Origin: a virus
Reading direction: 5' to 3' (one strand)
Length of the DNA: 64,000 nucleotides
IMG/VR virus record: IMGVR_UViG_3300047319_001547
Span: 1 to 64,000 of that record
Part shown: piece after piece, positions 9,789 through 19,665 of the stretch
Numbering within the stretch: the first letter of the stretch is position 1
How the letters are laid out: every line of letters starts with the position of its first letter
The notes under the pieces: model-generated
The model's input: only the letters and a program-made list of their open reading frames with translations
What the model was told of the DNA's origin: nothing
The model's database searches: none
Program-made: the position numbers and the translations under genes

Positions 9789-10124
9789 GTCGCAGCGCAG
9801 CAAGGTCGACGCCGAGAGACGGACAGGTGCGCTGCACCATCCACCAGTTCCCGAAGCGCTTCGGGCTCGCCAAGCCTCTCTGGGTGGCGGTCATCTGGCA
9901 GGACGGGCTGGTGCACGATGCGTTCGAGTCGACCGTCAGCGAGCAACAGGTATGGTGCGACGTCCTGAAGAAGTGGCCGAACGCCGTGCTGGTCCCGGAG
10001 GGCTGGCGCCCGTGGCGGTCCGAGGTCGCGTGAGGGGCTTCATCTGGGGCGGCCCGAACCGCCTGCGTCTCCCCTTCTGGGGGACCGTTTGGGCGATCAT
10101 CCGCGAGGTCTGTAGGATCGGGCG

Positions 10125-10412
10125 ATGATCGTTCTCATCTGGGTGTTCTGGGCACTCGTCAGCGTCGCGTCGATCGCGTGCATCTGGAAGCTCGGCCGGT
10201 GGATCTCGAGATGGTGGTCGGACGTCCCGAAGGCGGCCGCCTATCCGAGTCGAACATTCCGCCCCGAGGCGGAGCCGGATCCGTTTCCGATGCGCCCCCT
10301 CGCGAAGGCATACCCGAAGGCGCCGGACCGTCCCGTCAGTCGGACGATGAAGACCCACAAGGCACGGGTGGCGGCCAAGACGAAGGCGAAGCGCGGCAAG
10401 AAGAAACCGTGA
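10125..10412 (+). CDS. membrane-anchored basic protein
   Basis: TAGGAT-6nt-ATG leaderless signature; N-terminal TM helix, Lys-rich tail. Confidence 0.55.
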   Translation: MIVLIWVFWALVSVASIACIWKLGRWISRWWSDVPKAAAYPSRTFRPEAEPDPFPMRPLAKAYPKAPDRPVSRTMKTHKARVAAKTKAKRGKKKP

Positions 10413-10843
10413 GCCAAGACGGAAAGATCGAGCTGGAACTCGAGTTCCAAGACCAGCTTTCCACCATCGCCCAGCGGCTCGACGAGATCGGGCTGGCGCA
10501 GAATGCCGACCTGACGCTCATCCAGCCGATCGAGGGCGCGTACGGACGGTTCGCGGTCCTGAGGGTGGTGGGGGCGGACGAGATGTCGCGCCTCCAGCCG
10601 ATGAGACCGCGCTCCCAGGAGCCGACGGAGGACCGCCGGCGAGCGCTCGGAGCGCGCATCAAGCTGCTGGTCCAGGTCAAGTACGGCGCGCAGTTCACGC
10701 GCGAGTCCGCCCTGTCGTGGCTCCGAAATGAGCGCAAGCTGCTGCCGCAGGAGTCTATTGAGCAGCTCGACCTGCTGCTGAATCGCGGCGCCCTGATGGT
10801 CGATCCCGACGGCTTCCTGAAGTTCCCGCCCGAGACGGTCTGA
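10409..10843 (+). CDS. hypothetical protein
   Basis: GTGA overlap; contains palindrome read as LELEFQ. Confidence 0.55.
   Translation: MSQDGKIELELEFQDQLSTIAQRLDEIGLAQNADLTLIQPIEGAYGRFAVLRVVGADEMSRLQPMRPRSQEPTEDRRRALGARIKLLVQVKYGAQFTRESALSWLRNERKLLPQESIEQLDLLLNRGALMVDPDGFLKFPPETV
10434..10449. repeat. 16-bp palindrome copy 5 (intragenic, LELEFQ)
   Basis: exact match, flanks C...A. Confidence 0.98.
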
Positions 10844-10882
10844 TTTTTCTCCTGCCCGGCGGGGGCTGATACGCAAGGGGGG

Positions 10883-11884
10883 ATGGCCACTTTCGTCCTC
10901 GCGAACGACATCAACGTCAGCGGCACGCGGATGCGCGCGGGGAAACTGATCTCCGACACGGTGTACGTGATCGCCACCCTCCAGCTGGCGGGTGCCATCC
11001 TGGTGCCGGTCACCACCCAGGTGACGGCGCGCTCGAAGGTGCTTCAGAGCAAGTCGAAGAGCGGGCAGGACCCGACGTTCGAGAACGCGACGCGGTTCGA
11101 CACGATCGATCCGTTCGTCCCGGCCGCCGGCGGCACGCTCGCGGGTGACGTCACGGGCCCGGTCGCGACGAACACGGTCGTCAATCTGACGGGCGCCGCG
11201 GGCGTCGTGACTGTCTCGGCCGCCACTTCGATGGCGTTCGGCACCAACCCGGCGGCGTCGGGACTCATCCGCCTGCCGAACAACACCACGATTTCAGCAA
11301 GGAATCCGGGCAACACTGCCGACCGAACGCTGATCACTCTGAGCGCTTCTGACGGCGTCGTGATCGGAGACGCCGCCTCGACAGGACCGACAAATCTCCT
11401 CGCCGGGTCGACGATCGGAATCAATTCGTCGTCGAATGCGAACGCGGGAATCAACCTTCAGTCAGGCTCGTCTGGAGCGATAGTTCTCACGGCCGGCGGC
11501 GCCAGCCTCAGGGTCGATTCGACCAACACGCTCACGCTCACGCCCAACGGTCACGGCGTCATCATTTTGAACGGGGCGCAGCGGGTCAACACCGTCTCGA
11601 AGGGCGCCGCCTACACGGCCGACTCGACGCTGTCCGACTACGCGATTCTCCTCACCGGCACCGCCAACGCGCAGACGCTCCCGCCCGCCACCGCGGGCCG
11701 CGTCGTCGTCTACAAGGATTCGGCCGGCAACGCGGCGGCTCAGAACAAGACCCTGACGCCCGCCGCCGGGACGATCGACGGCGCCGCCACCTACGTGCTG
11801 AACGTCAACAACGGGGCGATCGTCCTGCTGTCGGACGGCGCCAACTGGTTCGTCATCGGCTCGTACAACGGCACCGTCATCTGA
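10883..11884 (+). CDS. virion fibre/decoration-like protein
   Basis: Gly/Thr/Ala/Asn-rich beta protein, LAGDVTGP motif, C-terminal TLPPA..GR...YKD...TIDG...SDGANW fibre-tip pattern; N-terminal module shared with 12316, 41089, 46569. Confidence 0.65.
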   Translation: MATFVLANDINVSGTRMRAGKLISDTVYVIATLQLAGAILVPVTTQVTARSKVLQSKSKSGQDPTFENATRFDTIDPFVPAAGGTLAGDVTGPVATNTVVNLTGAAGVVTVSAATSMAFGTNPAASGLIRLPNNTTISARNPGNTADRTLITLSASDGVVIGDAASTGPTNLLAGSTIGINSSSNANAGINLQSGSSGAIVLTAGGASLRVDSTNTLTLTPNGHGVIILNGAQRVNTVSKGAAYTADSTLSDYAILLTGTANAQTLPPATAGRVVVYKDSAGNAAAQNKTLTPAAGTIDGAATYVLNVNNGAIVLLSDGANWFVIGSYNGTVI

Positions 11885-11938
11885 TCGCCCTTTACGGGCG
11901 CGCGGTCCGTCTGTAGCCTCCTCACTGGAGGCGCGAAG

Positions 11939-12262
11939 ATGGCGGACAGGACGTTCAAGAAGCCCGATTCGTTTCAGGTCAAGGTGCGGATGCCGGACGG
12001 CACGGAGACGACCGCGCCCTACGGGTTCGACGACTTTCTGGTCGAGTACGTCTGGCCGCACGCGAAGTGGAACGAGGACGCGTGGGAGGAAGCGCAGATC
12101 CGCATCGGCGACGCTCTGGAGGGCGTCGAGGACGGTGGCGACGTCGGCCTGAAGCTCGAGGATTGGGAGAAGCTCCGCGAGGCCGTCAAGGCGGCGCAGA
12201 TCGGCGGCCGCTACGCGCCGAAGGTCCGCCGCATGACGCGCGCGGTGAACACCGCCTGCTGA
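11939..12262 (+). CDS. hypothetical protein (possible fibre chaperone)
   Basis: GGAGG RBS; small acidic protein right after fibre gene. Confidence 0.55.
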   Translation: MADRTFKKPDSFQVKVRMPDGTETTAPYGFDDFLVEYVWPHAKWNEDAWEEAQIRIGDALEGVEDGGDVGLKLEDWEKLREAVKAAQIGGRYAPKVRRMTRAVNTAC

Positions 12263-12315
12263 CGCGGTTCGGAAAAGTCTCTTCCGGGACCGCCCGCCAG
12301 TAAGCTCGGCGGGAG

Positions 12316-12939
12316 ATGGCGCAGTACGTCCTGGCGAACGACATCATGCTGACGGACCGCGGGCTCGTCCGGCGCCTTCCGGCCGGCAAGATCATCGACG
12401 ACCGGCAGTTCAACATCGCGCTCCTCCAGACGCTCGGCGCCCTGCTGGTGCCGGTGTCGGGCGCCGCTCTGGCGCGCTCTGCTCAGCTCCTCAAGCAGCA
12501 GCGCAGGGGGCTGACGCCGAACTTCGACATCGCGACCCGGACCGATTCGGTCGACCCGTTCCTGACCCCCACGGTCGGCTCTTCCCCCACGACGCGCGCC
12601 TACGCGAACGAGAGCAACTCGCCCTATCTGGTGCTGGCGACCGATGACCTGATCTTCGTCGACAACAGCGTGGCGGGCGCCCAGGTGACGGTGCTGTTCG
12701 AGGCGGCGCCGGCCGCCGGCGCGGTCCATCAGGTCATCTGGTGGAAATCGATGTCGCCGCCCGGCCGGCCTCCGATCGTCAGCGGAAACGGAGCGCAGAT
12801 CGCCGACTGGAACAGCGCGTCGGGCTTCACGTCGATCGGTCCGACGACTTCGATCACCGCGCTGGGGTCGTCTGGCAAGTGGGAGTTCGTCGCGGCTGTG
12901 AACGGAAACCCGGTGAATGCATGGATCCTCGTCGTCTGA
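12316..12939 (+). CDS. virion protein, paralog of 10883-11884
   Basis: MAQYVLANDI...AGKIIDD...LGALLVPV...TRTDSVDPF matches MATFVLANDI...AGKLISD...AGAILVPV...TRFDTIDPF. Confidence 0.65.
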   Translation: MAQYVLANDIMLTDRGLVRRLPAGKIIDDRQFNIALLQTLGALLVPVSGAALARSAQLLKQQRRGLTPNFDIATRTDSVDPFLTPTVGSSPTTRAYANESNSPYLVLATDDLIFVDNSVAGAQVTVLFEAAPAAGAVHQVIWWKSMSPPGRPPIVSGNGAQIADWNSASGFTSIGPTTSITALGSSGKWEFVAAVNGNPVNAWILVV

Positions 12940-14525
12940 TCGCCCTCCTGGTCGTTCTTCTCGGGCTCGCGTCGTCTGGCGGGTGCATCTCGCACTCGCA
13001 CGTCTCGCAGGGAGTTCCGGTCGCCAGCACGGGACTCATTCTCTGCAGGGCGAACTACGCGGAGCCGAAAGACGGGCGCGCGACGTTCAACTGCAGGGTC
13101 TTCAGCGAGCAGGAGTTCGCGCACGCTCCGACGGAGCGCCAGCTGTACGCCGTCGGGGCGCAGCCGCCGATCATCAATCCTCTCTGGAATCAGCCGACCT
13201 GGTGCGTCGACGGCGGAAATATTTCTGGCTGCGCATCCGACAAGCTGAACGATGGAGCGGTCTGCGCGTGCGGCGCGTCGGGGCACGGCCCGCTGGTGAC
13301 CGTTCGGGAGTTGACGGATCACCGATGGGGGTGTGCGGGAGCGACCGAATGTCCGCGAGTGACGTCCGCCAGCATGACGATCACGTTGGCGTCGTCGCAG
13401 GTGGGGGGAGACGTCTTCACGTTTCAGCCCACGTTCGAGGGAGGCGGGCCGATCGTCCTGCAGGGGGCGCTCGGCGCCGCGCAGACGATCGGGACCGGAA
13501 CTCTGGCGGGTGTGACGTTGTCGACCCGAACTAACAACGCGCCGCCCGCCAAAGCGACGCTGACTCCGTCTGGAGGATCCGTCGCGCTTCATCAGCTCAT
13601 CTTCGACTCGACCGCGAACGCGTACTTCTGGGTCACCAAGAGCGACGGCGCGAACGTCTGGGAGCTCTCCAACCCGATCGCGGCGTTCAATCTGTCGACC
13701 CCGAACGTTCTGCAGCCCGCGGTCACGATATCGAACGGCGACGCGTACACGATCTATCGTCCCGTCACCTCCACGCCGCTGCTCGTGAAGCCCAGGTGCG
13801 GGAACACCGCTACGAACCTGAATCTTTATCATCTGACGTTGTGGAACGATCAGACGACCATGACGACGGGCCCCAACGTCAACGTGATCGAGAGTGCCGT
13901 GAATGCGTACTGGAAGGCGGTCGATCCGATCACGAATCTGGTCCCGATGGTGTTCAACTCTGACACCGGGTTCTTCGTGCAGTCCGCCGCCGACAAGCAG
14001 GCGGCCACCGGCTACGCGTTCATCGGAGGTCAGAACATCGGGGGAAATTACATGATCGGCGACATCGTCATCGATGGAGATTTCGTGATCGCCAATGGTG
14101 GTGTGATCGGCATGCTGAGCGGCACGGTCGGCACCGCATTCGTCGGCCCCGGATCGACGATCAGCATCGACGGCTTGGTGCTCGCGGTCGCGAACGACAT
14201 CAGCGGGTCGGTGTACAACGGCGGGATCCCTGTCTGGTATGGGCCCGGTCAGGCGTTCGTTCATGGGGGAGGACACCTCTACTACCCGGGGGGAGCCAAC
14301 AAGGCGGCGACGACGTTTCCGTTGGCGGGAGGACTCCGACAGACCGGACCCAAATCCGCCTTCGACACGAGCGTCGATCCAGCAATTCTGCATCCGCGAG
14401 CCGACGACGGGCACGCGTTCGTGCTCGACCTCGACCTGCCGATCAGTTCGGGTGGGTACGGAATGGGCGCATCGAGCAATTGTTCGGTCGCCCCCGACAC
14501 GTCGATCTGCAATCAGGGCCCCTGA
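12921..14525 (+). CDS. exported/lipoprotein paralog of the central domain of the 1184-aa fibre/spike protein
   Basis: signal peptide MDPRRLIALLVVLLGLASSGGC; shares GALGAAQTIGTGTL, ATLTP..G.VA..QLIF.S, NVW..S.P, NGD.YT...PV, AFD..V.P with 14563-18117. Confidence 0.7.
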   Translation: MDPRRLIALLVVLLGLASSGGCISHSHVSQGVPVASTGLILCRANYAEPKDGRATFNCRVFSEQEFAHAPTERQLYAVGAQPPIINPLWNQPTWCVDGGNISGCASDKLNDGAVCACGASGHGPLVTVRELTDHRWGCAGATECPRVTSASMTITLASSQVGGDVFTFQPTFEGGGPIVLQGALGAAQTIGTGTLAGVTLSTRTNNAPPAKATLTPSGGSVALHQLIFDSTANAYFWVTKSDGANVWELSNPIAAFNLSTPNVLQPAVTISNGDAYTIYRPVTSTPLLVKPRCGNTATNLNLYHLTLWNDQTTMTTGPNVNVIESAVNAYWKAVDPITNLVPMVFNSDTGFFVQSAADKQAATGYAFIGGQNIGGNYMIGDIVIDGDFVIANGGVIGMLSGTVGTAFVGPGSTISIDGLVLAVANDISGSVYNGGIPVWYGPGQAFVHGGGHLYYPGGANKAATTFPLAGGLRQTGPKSAFDTSVDPAILHPRADDGHAFVLDLDLPISSGGYGMGASSNCSVAPDTSICNQGP

Positions 14526-14562
14526 ATGTGTTGACGTCCCAGCGCGATTGTAGGATCGCGCG

Positions 14563-17500
14563 ATGGGGACCGCGCTGCTCAAGTTCTCTCAGGGGATCAC
14601 GATCGGGACCCCCGGCCAGGCCCTCATGGTGGTCGACGGGACGCCCGTCGTCGCCGGCAACAACGACGACTCACACATCGTCAAGTGGACCTTCACGTGG
14701 CTCGACACGCCTCCCGGGAGCGCGATCCCGCGCGGACTCGCCCAGACGGGTGCGACCCCGACCCTGACCTTCACGCCGGACGTCCCGGACAGCTACCTGC
14801 TGCAGCTGGACACGCTCGACGACACCGGCCACACCGCGACGGACATCCGGGCCGTGGCGGTCCTGCGCCCCACCGGCCGCTTCATCCCGCCGTTCGAGGG
14901 GTCTTCCACCAGCATAAACTTCGGCGGCCAGACGCGCGGCTGGGCGCCCGACATGGAGACGTGGCTGAACTACCTCGACAGCCTGACGTTCTCGAGCGGC
15001 GCGAAGTCGACGTTCGTCTTCCGACCCGCGGGGGTGGCGACCGGGAACGTCTACACGTCGTGGTCGCTGCTCGTGACGGCCCTGCTGGCGTGCCCCGGGC
15101 CGAAGTGGGTCGAGGTCGACGGGTCGCTCGCCGCCGCGCACGTTCCGACCGGCACGTGGAATCTCAACGGCTTCGTGACGTTCGTGACCTCTCAGGCGGT
15201 CGGCTCGGCGGCCGCGAAGCTGACGTTCGACGACGGCGCGGTCTTCACCTACACGCAGCTGACCCTCAGCGGCCCGGTCGTGTTCGCGTGCGACTCCACG
15301 TCGCCGGTTGCGACGCAGGGCGCCGGGTCTCTCCTGCTGCTGCGGGACGGCGCTCAGATCCTGTCGAACCCCGGCAAGGCGGTCTGGCTGCGCGTCTCGG
15401 CGTCGACCCCCCAGGTGGTGCTGCTGAACGGAAGCACGCTCGGCGGCGGAGCGACCGCGGCCGTGACGGTTGCGGCGGCGACCATCATGTCGCTGACGGT
15501 GTTCTCCAACTCCGTCGTCTCCGCGAGCGCGATCTCGGGCGCGGGCACCGTCAACGCCGTCCAGGACGACAGCGGGCTGGTGAATGCTCAGACGGTCGCG
15601 ACCCTCAACCTGACGCTGGCAGCGCTCTCTCAGCAGGTCGCCTACACGCCCGCCGTTCCGGCGGATTGGATCACGCCCAATCCGACTCAGGTCAAGCAGG
15701 CACTCGACGACCTGGCGGCGCTGGTGCCGCACACACGAAACTGGGCCGTCACAACCGTCTGGTGGGATCCGGCCAACAGCACAGCGCTCGCCTCCGACGA
15801 CATGACCAACCCGCTGCGAGGTCTCGACGCAGCGCACCCGCTCCTCACGTGGAACGCCGGCGTGGTGGGTGCCTTCTGGGGCACCTACAGCCCCAATTTC
15901 CCCGCGACCGTCACGGTCAATCAGATGAGCAGTCAGCCGGGGACGACCGACCCGGTGCAGCTCTCGCCTTACGGGGCGGTCGTTGTGATCGTAGGAGCTC
16001 TCGGTGCCGCGCAGACGATCGGGACCGGAACACTAGGAAGCGTCATCTCGAAGAACTCTTCAACTCGGCAACTGCTCACCGCAACGCTGACTCCCGGCAC
16101 CGGAGCGGTCGCGATCGGTCAGCTCATCTTCAATTCGTCAAAAGGATCTTATGCGCACATCAACTTCAATGTTTCGGGGAACGTCTGGAACATCTCGCAG
16201 CCTTACACAACGGGGCTGGCCGAAGACGATACTTGGGCCAACGGGGACAGCTACACGCTCTTCACTCCGGTCTCGACCGCAATCGGCGGCACTTATGCGT
16301 TGAATTCGTTCATCACGTTCGAATTCGTGTCTCAAATTACGGTGAACGCTGAAATAATCAAAACGAACTTTTTCTTCTGCAACATCCTAGGTCTGCTCAT
16401 AAACGGTGACACAAGCTCGATTGTGGCGTGCGACATCTCGAGTTCCGTTTGGCGAGCGATTGGGGTCGCGACGACGAACATCATCGGCGGCCAATATCGA
16501 GGCAACGCGATCGGCATTGCGGGACAGTTCGCCATTTCGGGCGACTTCATTTTCCGTGGACTCCAACTTCTTCAGGCAGCGGGGTCGATACAAAACTGCT
16601 GGACGATGAGCACCGGCGTTTCCCAAAACTTTTGGAACATCGTCGGCGGCGTGCAGGTGACCGGCTACCTGACGGGCGATTGGAAGATCAACGTATCCGT
16701 ATCCTCGTTCGGCTCTGGCGGTGCGCTCCAGCTCTCGAGTGGAACGTTCACGAGCAGGTTCCTCAACTCGGGAGGATTGCTGATCGACGGCGTCGCGTTC
16801 GCGGACGCATTCGATCGGACCGTCACGCCGGGGCAGTGGTATCCCAAGCGCGCGCTGACGGCGGCCGCGCTCGACGCGGCGATAGGGGGCCCCGGAGGAA
16901 CTGGGTTCAATGGGATCGCGTACGGCGCAGACGGTGCGGTGGCGATCTTCAGTTTGAGCGCGATCACCGACGTGTCCGCCACCACACCGTTCGTCCTGGA
17001 CGTCGCGCACGGCGGCACCGGGCTGGCTGCCCCGGGCGCCAACGGGAACGTGCTGACCAGCAACGGGAGCGTGTGGATCTCCGCCCCGCTGCCGGCCGAC
17101 GTCGACTTCTACCAGACGTTCGAGGCGAACGGCGTGGCGGGGGTTCCTCAGCGGGCGGCGGTCAACTTCGTCGCCGGCACCGGCATCTCGGTCGCAATCT
17201 CGGACGTCGCGGGAGTGACGACTCTCACGATCGTCAACACGTCGCCCGCGTCGGCAGACACGGACTTCTACCAGCAGGTCGAGGCGAACGCCGGCGGTTC
17301 GGTCGTCCAGCGGCCGATCTTGAACTTCATCAACGGGTCGAACATCAGCGTCACGGCGGTCGACAACCCGGGAAACAACCGGACGGACGTCACGGTGACC
17401 TCCACGGCCCCGGAGGGACCGGACTTCTACCAGACAGTCGTCGACGAATCGAACAACCCCGTCACGCAGCGTCCCACCATCAAGTTCGGCGGCAACGGCG

Positions 17501-18117
17501 CGACGATCTCGACGTTCGACGACGGGGCGAACAACCGCACGGTCGTGTTCCTCACCGCGTACTCTCAGGTGCAGGCGAACGGCGCGGGCGAGCCGAAGCG
17601 GACCGTCCTCAACTTCCTGCCGGGCTTCATCGTCGCAGACAACCCGGGCAACGGGTCGACCGACGTCGGGCCGGCCGCCGGGTCTGCGTTCGGACGGATC
17701 TTCTCGTCCGGCGGGACCATCCAGGCCATCTCGACGGCCGGCACCACCTACCAGCTGGCCCTCTGGGACACCAACCGCCCGTCGCACGTCGACACCGCCG
17801 ACGAGGCGAACGGCCGGATCATCATCGGCCACACCGGCACCTACAAGATCGAGCTGTCGATCCAGTGCAGCATCGACATCATCGACCAGCTTGCGTTCAC
17901 GATCCGCCGCAACGGCACGCCGTTCGAAGGCGGCGTCATCACCATCATCGGGAGCGCGCAGGGAACCTCGAATGAGCTCTTCATGCAGGTGCACATCGAC
18001 GGCGGATTCGTCGCGTGCGCGGGCGGAGACTTCATCACGGCGGCGGTGACGCCCATCTTCAACAACGGGGCGCAGATCAGCTACCGGGGCAGCCTGTCGA
18101 CTCAGCAGATCGCGTGA
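14563..18117 (+). CDS. large multidomain tail fibre/spike-like virion protein
   Basis: N-terminal PKD/Ig-like segment (KWTFTWLDTPPGS...LTFTPDVPDSYLLQL), beta-helix-like regions, LDVAHGGTG fibre motif, 53-aa DFYQ repeats, C1q/BclA-like tip (RIIIGHTGTYKIELSIQ). Confidence 0.75.
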   Translation: MGTALLKFSQGITIGTPGQALMVVDGTPVVAGNNDDSHIVKWTFTWLDTPPGSAIPRGLAQTGATPTLTFTPDVPDSYLLQLDTLDDTGHTATDIRAVAVLRPTGRFIPPFEGSSTSINFGGQTRGWAPDMETWLNYLDSLTFSSGAKSTFVFRPAGVATGNVYTSWSLLVTALLACPGPKWVEVDGSLAAAHVPTGTWNLNGFVTFVTSQAVGSAAAKLTFDDGAVFTYTQLTLSGPVVFACDSTSPVATQGAGSLLLLRDGAQILSNPGKAVWLRVSASTPQVVLLNGSTLGGGATAAVTVAAATIMSLTVFSNSVVSASAISGAGTVNAVQDDSGLVNAQTVATLNLTLAALSQQVAYTPAVPADWITPNPTQVKQALDDLAALVPHTRNWAVTTVWWDPANSTALASDDMTNPLRGLDAAHPLLTWNAGVVGAFWGTYSPNFPATVTVNQMSSQPGTTDPVQLSPYGAVVVIVGALGAAQTIGTGTLGSVISKNSSTRQLLTATLTPGTGAVAIGQLIFNSSKGSYAHINFNVSGNVWNISQPYTTGLAEDDTWANGDSYTLFTPVSTAIGGTYALNSFITFEFVSQITVNAEIIKTNFFFCNILGLLINGDTSSIVACDISSSVWRAIGVATTNIIGGQYRGNAIGIAGQFAISGDFIFRGLQLLQAAGSIQNCWTMSTGVSQNFWNIVGGVQVTGYLTGDWKINVSVSSFGSGGALQLSSGTFTSRFLNSGGLLIDGVAFADAFDRTVTPGQWYPKRALTAAALDAAIGGPGGTGFNGIAYGADGAVAIFSLSAITDVSATTPFVLDVAHGGTGLAAPGANGNVLTSNGSVWISAPLPADVDFYQTFEANGVAGVPQRAAVNFVAGTGISVAISDVAGVTTLTIVNTSPASADTDFYQQVEANAGGSVVQRPILNFINGSNISVTAVDNPGNNRTDVTVTSTAPEGPDFYQTVVDESNNPVTQRPTIKFGGNGATISTFDDGANNRTVVFLTAYSQVQANGAGEPKRTVLNFLPGFIVADNPGNGSTDVGPAAGSAFGRIFSSGGTIQAISTAGTTYQLALWDTNRPSHVDTADEANGRIIIGHTGTYKIELSIQCSIDIIDQLAFTIRRNGTPFEGGVITIIGSAQGTSNELFMQVHIDGGFVACAGGDFITAAVTPIFNNGAQISYRGSLSTQQIA

Positions 18118-18220
18118 TCGACTTCGTCTGGCGGCATCAAGACGGTCTGATGACGGTCGGCCTGCTGATCGAGATGACGATCCTGACCGCCTGGGTGGTG
18201 CTGAGCGACTGGGGGAGCGA

Positions 18221-18403
18221 GTGAGTCGGTTGCAGCCCCGTCGGGACGTTAGCGAATCCCAAACGCCCGTGCCTGGAACTCGAGTTCCAACCCCTCAGAG
18301 CATCGCGGTCTGCCGCGCGTGCCGCTGCCGCTATCTCGCGAAGTTCACGCAGTGCGTGAAGTGCGGCGCGGCAAACCCCGGTGCATGTGGATCATCTTCC
18401 TGA
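18221..18403 (+). CDS. small zinc-ribbon protein
   Basis: CRAC...CVKCG; GTGA overlap. Confidence 0.5.
   Translation: MSRLQPRRDVSESQTPVPGTRVPTPQSIAVCRACRCRYLAKFTQCVKCGAANPGACGSSS
18274..18289. repeat. 16-bp palindrome copy 6 (intragenic, GTRVP)
   Basis: exact match, flanks C...A. Confidence 0.98.
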
Positions 18404-18906
18404 AGTGGGTCCAGCGGCTTCTCGGACCGATCCGCGTCATCTGGGATCGACCCGGAACCGCCCCCTACATCTCGCGCTCCTACTTCTGGGCGCGCCCTAA
18501 GCGCCCCGACGGCGCGTGGCCGTTCGACGCGACCGGGCAACCGCTGCCCGGCATCAAGCTGCGCGACTTCCCGGTGACGGCGCACCTGCACCAGATCCAC
18601 CAGTCAGACTCAGAGCCGGAGCTCCACTCGCATCCCTGGCGGTGGGCGGTGTCGCTGATTCTCTCAGGCGGCTACGTCGAGGAGCGGCGGTGTCGTGGCT
18701 CGACGGTGCGCGTGCGTCGCGTCCGTCCAGGACAGATCGTTTTCTTCCGGCACGACACGTTTCATCGCCTGGATCTGATCGGCGGCCGGGAGTGCTGGTC
18801 GCTCTTCATCGCGGGCCCAAGACTCGAGGAGCCGTGGAAGTTCTGGAACCGAGAGACCGGAGAAACGGTCAAATGGTACGAGTTCATCGCACGAAAGCGC
18901 GCCTGA
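18385..18906 (+). CDS. cupin-fold protein
   Basis: HLHQI..SD....LHSHPW...SLILSGGYVEE...FHRL...WSLFIAGPR. Confidence 0.7.
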   Translation: MWIIFLKWVQRLLGPIRVIWDRPGTAPYISRSYFWARPKRPDGAWPFDATGQPLPGIKLRDFPVTAHLHQIHQSDSEPELHSHPWRWAVSLILSGGYVEERRCRGSTVRVRRVRPGQIVFFRHDTFHRLDLIGGRECWSLFIAGPRLEEPWKFWNRETGETVKWYEFIARKRA

Positions 18907-18907
18907 T

Positions 18908-19195
18908 ATGTTCCCCGGGATGTGGGGATGCCCGTCGACTCCGCTCTGGCCGCCTCCGATGGAGAAGAAGCCGCCCGGAGATCCTAGCAAGCCGGTCGCG
19001 TGCGTCCTCAAGCACAAGGGCGACTACGTCGACACGTCGTGGTGCGGACTCGGGATCGAGATGGGCGCCTACCTGTTTCCGGATCCGAAGTACGCCGAGC
19101 GGTATTACGCGGACGTGAAGGGCAAGGGACTGCGGGCGTGCCCGGACTGCGTGAGGGCGATCCGGGAAGCGCTCGCCAAAGGAGATCTGAAATGA
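18908..19195 (+). CDS. small Cys-containing hypothetical protein
   Basis: SWCG...ACPDC; start uncertain. Confidence 0.45.
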   Translation: MFPGMWGCPSTPLWPPPMEKKPPGDPSKPVACVLKHKGDYVDTSWCGLGIEMGAYLFPDPKYAERYYADVKGKGLRACPDCVRAIREALAKGDLK

Positions 19196-19665
19196 CCGAC
19201 ATGAGGCTGAGCGGGGATGCGATTCTGGTGACGCTGATCGAGCTCGAGGCGACTGCCGATCGAGGCACGCCCGTCGAGGAGGCGGAGCGCGTGCTCGATC
19301 GATTCGAAGCGATTCAGCGCGAGGCGACGATCCGTTCGATGCGCGCCGAGGTGCGGGTCGCCGAGGACGTCGCGAAGCAGATTCACGACAGCTGCGACAA
19401 GCGCGAGTGGAAGGTGGCGAGCACGATCGCGGCCGCCTACGGGAGCAACATGGGCAAGACGCAGCACCCGTGCTGCTGGCCGTTCGCGCTCCGGTTCGCC
19501 CTGATGGCGCAGGGGATGGCGCCCGGCGCGATCGACGAGAAGCAGGGGGCGGAGTTCGTCCGCGTGCTGCTCGAGATGAGGGACGCGCTGCTGCGCCAGA
19601 TCGACGTCGATGTCGAGCTGAAGAACGCGCAGATGAATCCGACGCCGGCGTCCGGAGCGGTCTGA
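19192..19665 (+). CDS. hypothetical protein
   Basis: GGAG RBS, ATGA overlap. Confidence 0.55.
   Translation: MTDMRLSGDAILVTLIELEATADRGTPVEEAERVLDRFEAIQREATIRSMRAEVRVAEDVAKQIHDSCDKREWKVASTIAAAYGSNMGKTQHPCCWPFALRFALMAQGMAPGAIDEKQGAEFVRVLLEMRDALLRQIDVDVELKNAQMNPTPASGAV

Noticed and set aside
10883-18117. Diversity-generating retroelement or invertible shufflon acting on fibre genes
   Set aside because: No reverse transcriptase or invertase in the window; paralogs are in direct orientation and differ at all base types, not only adenines
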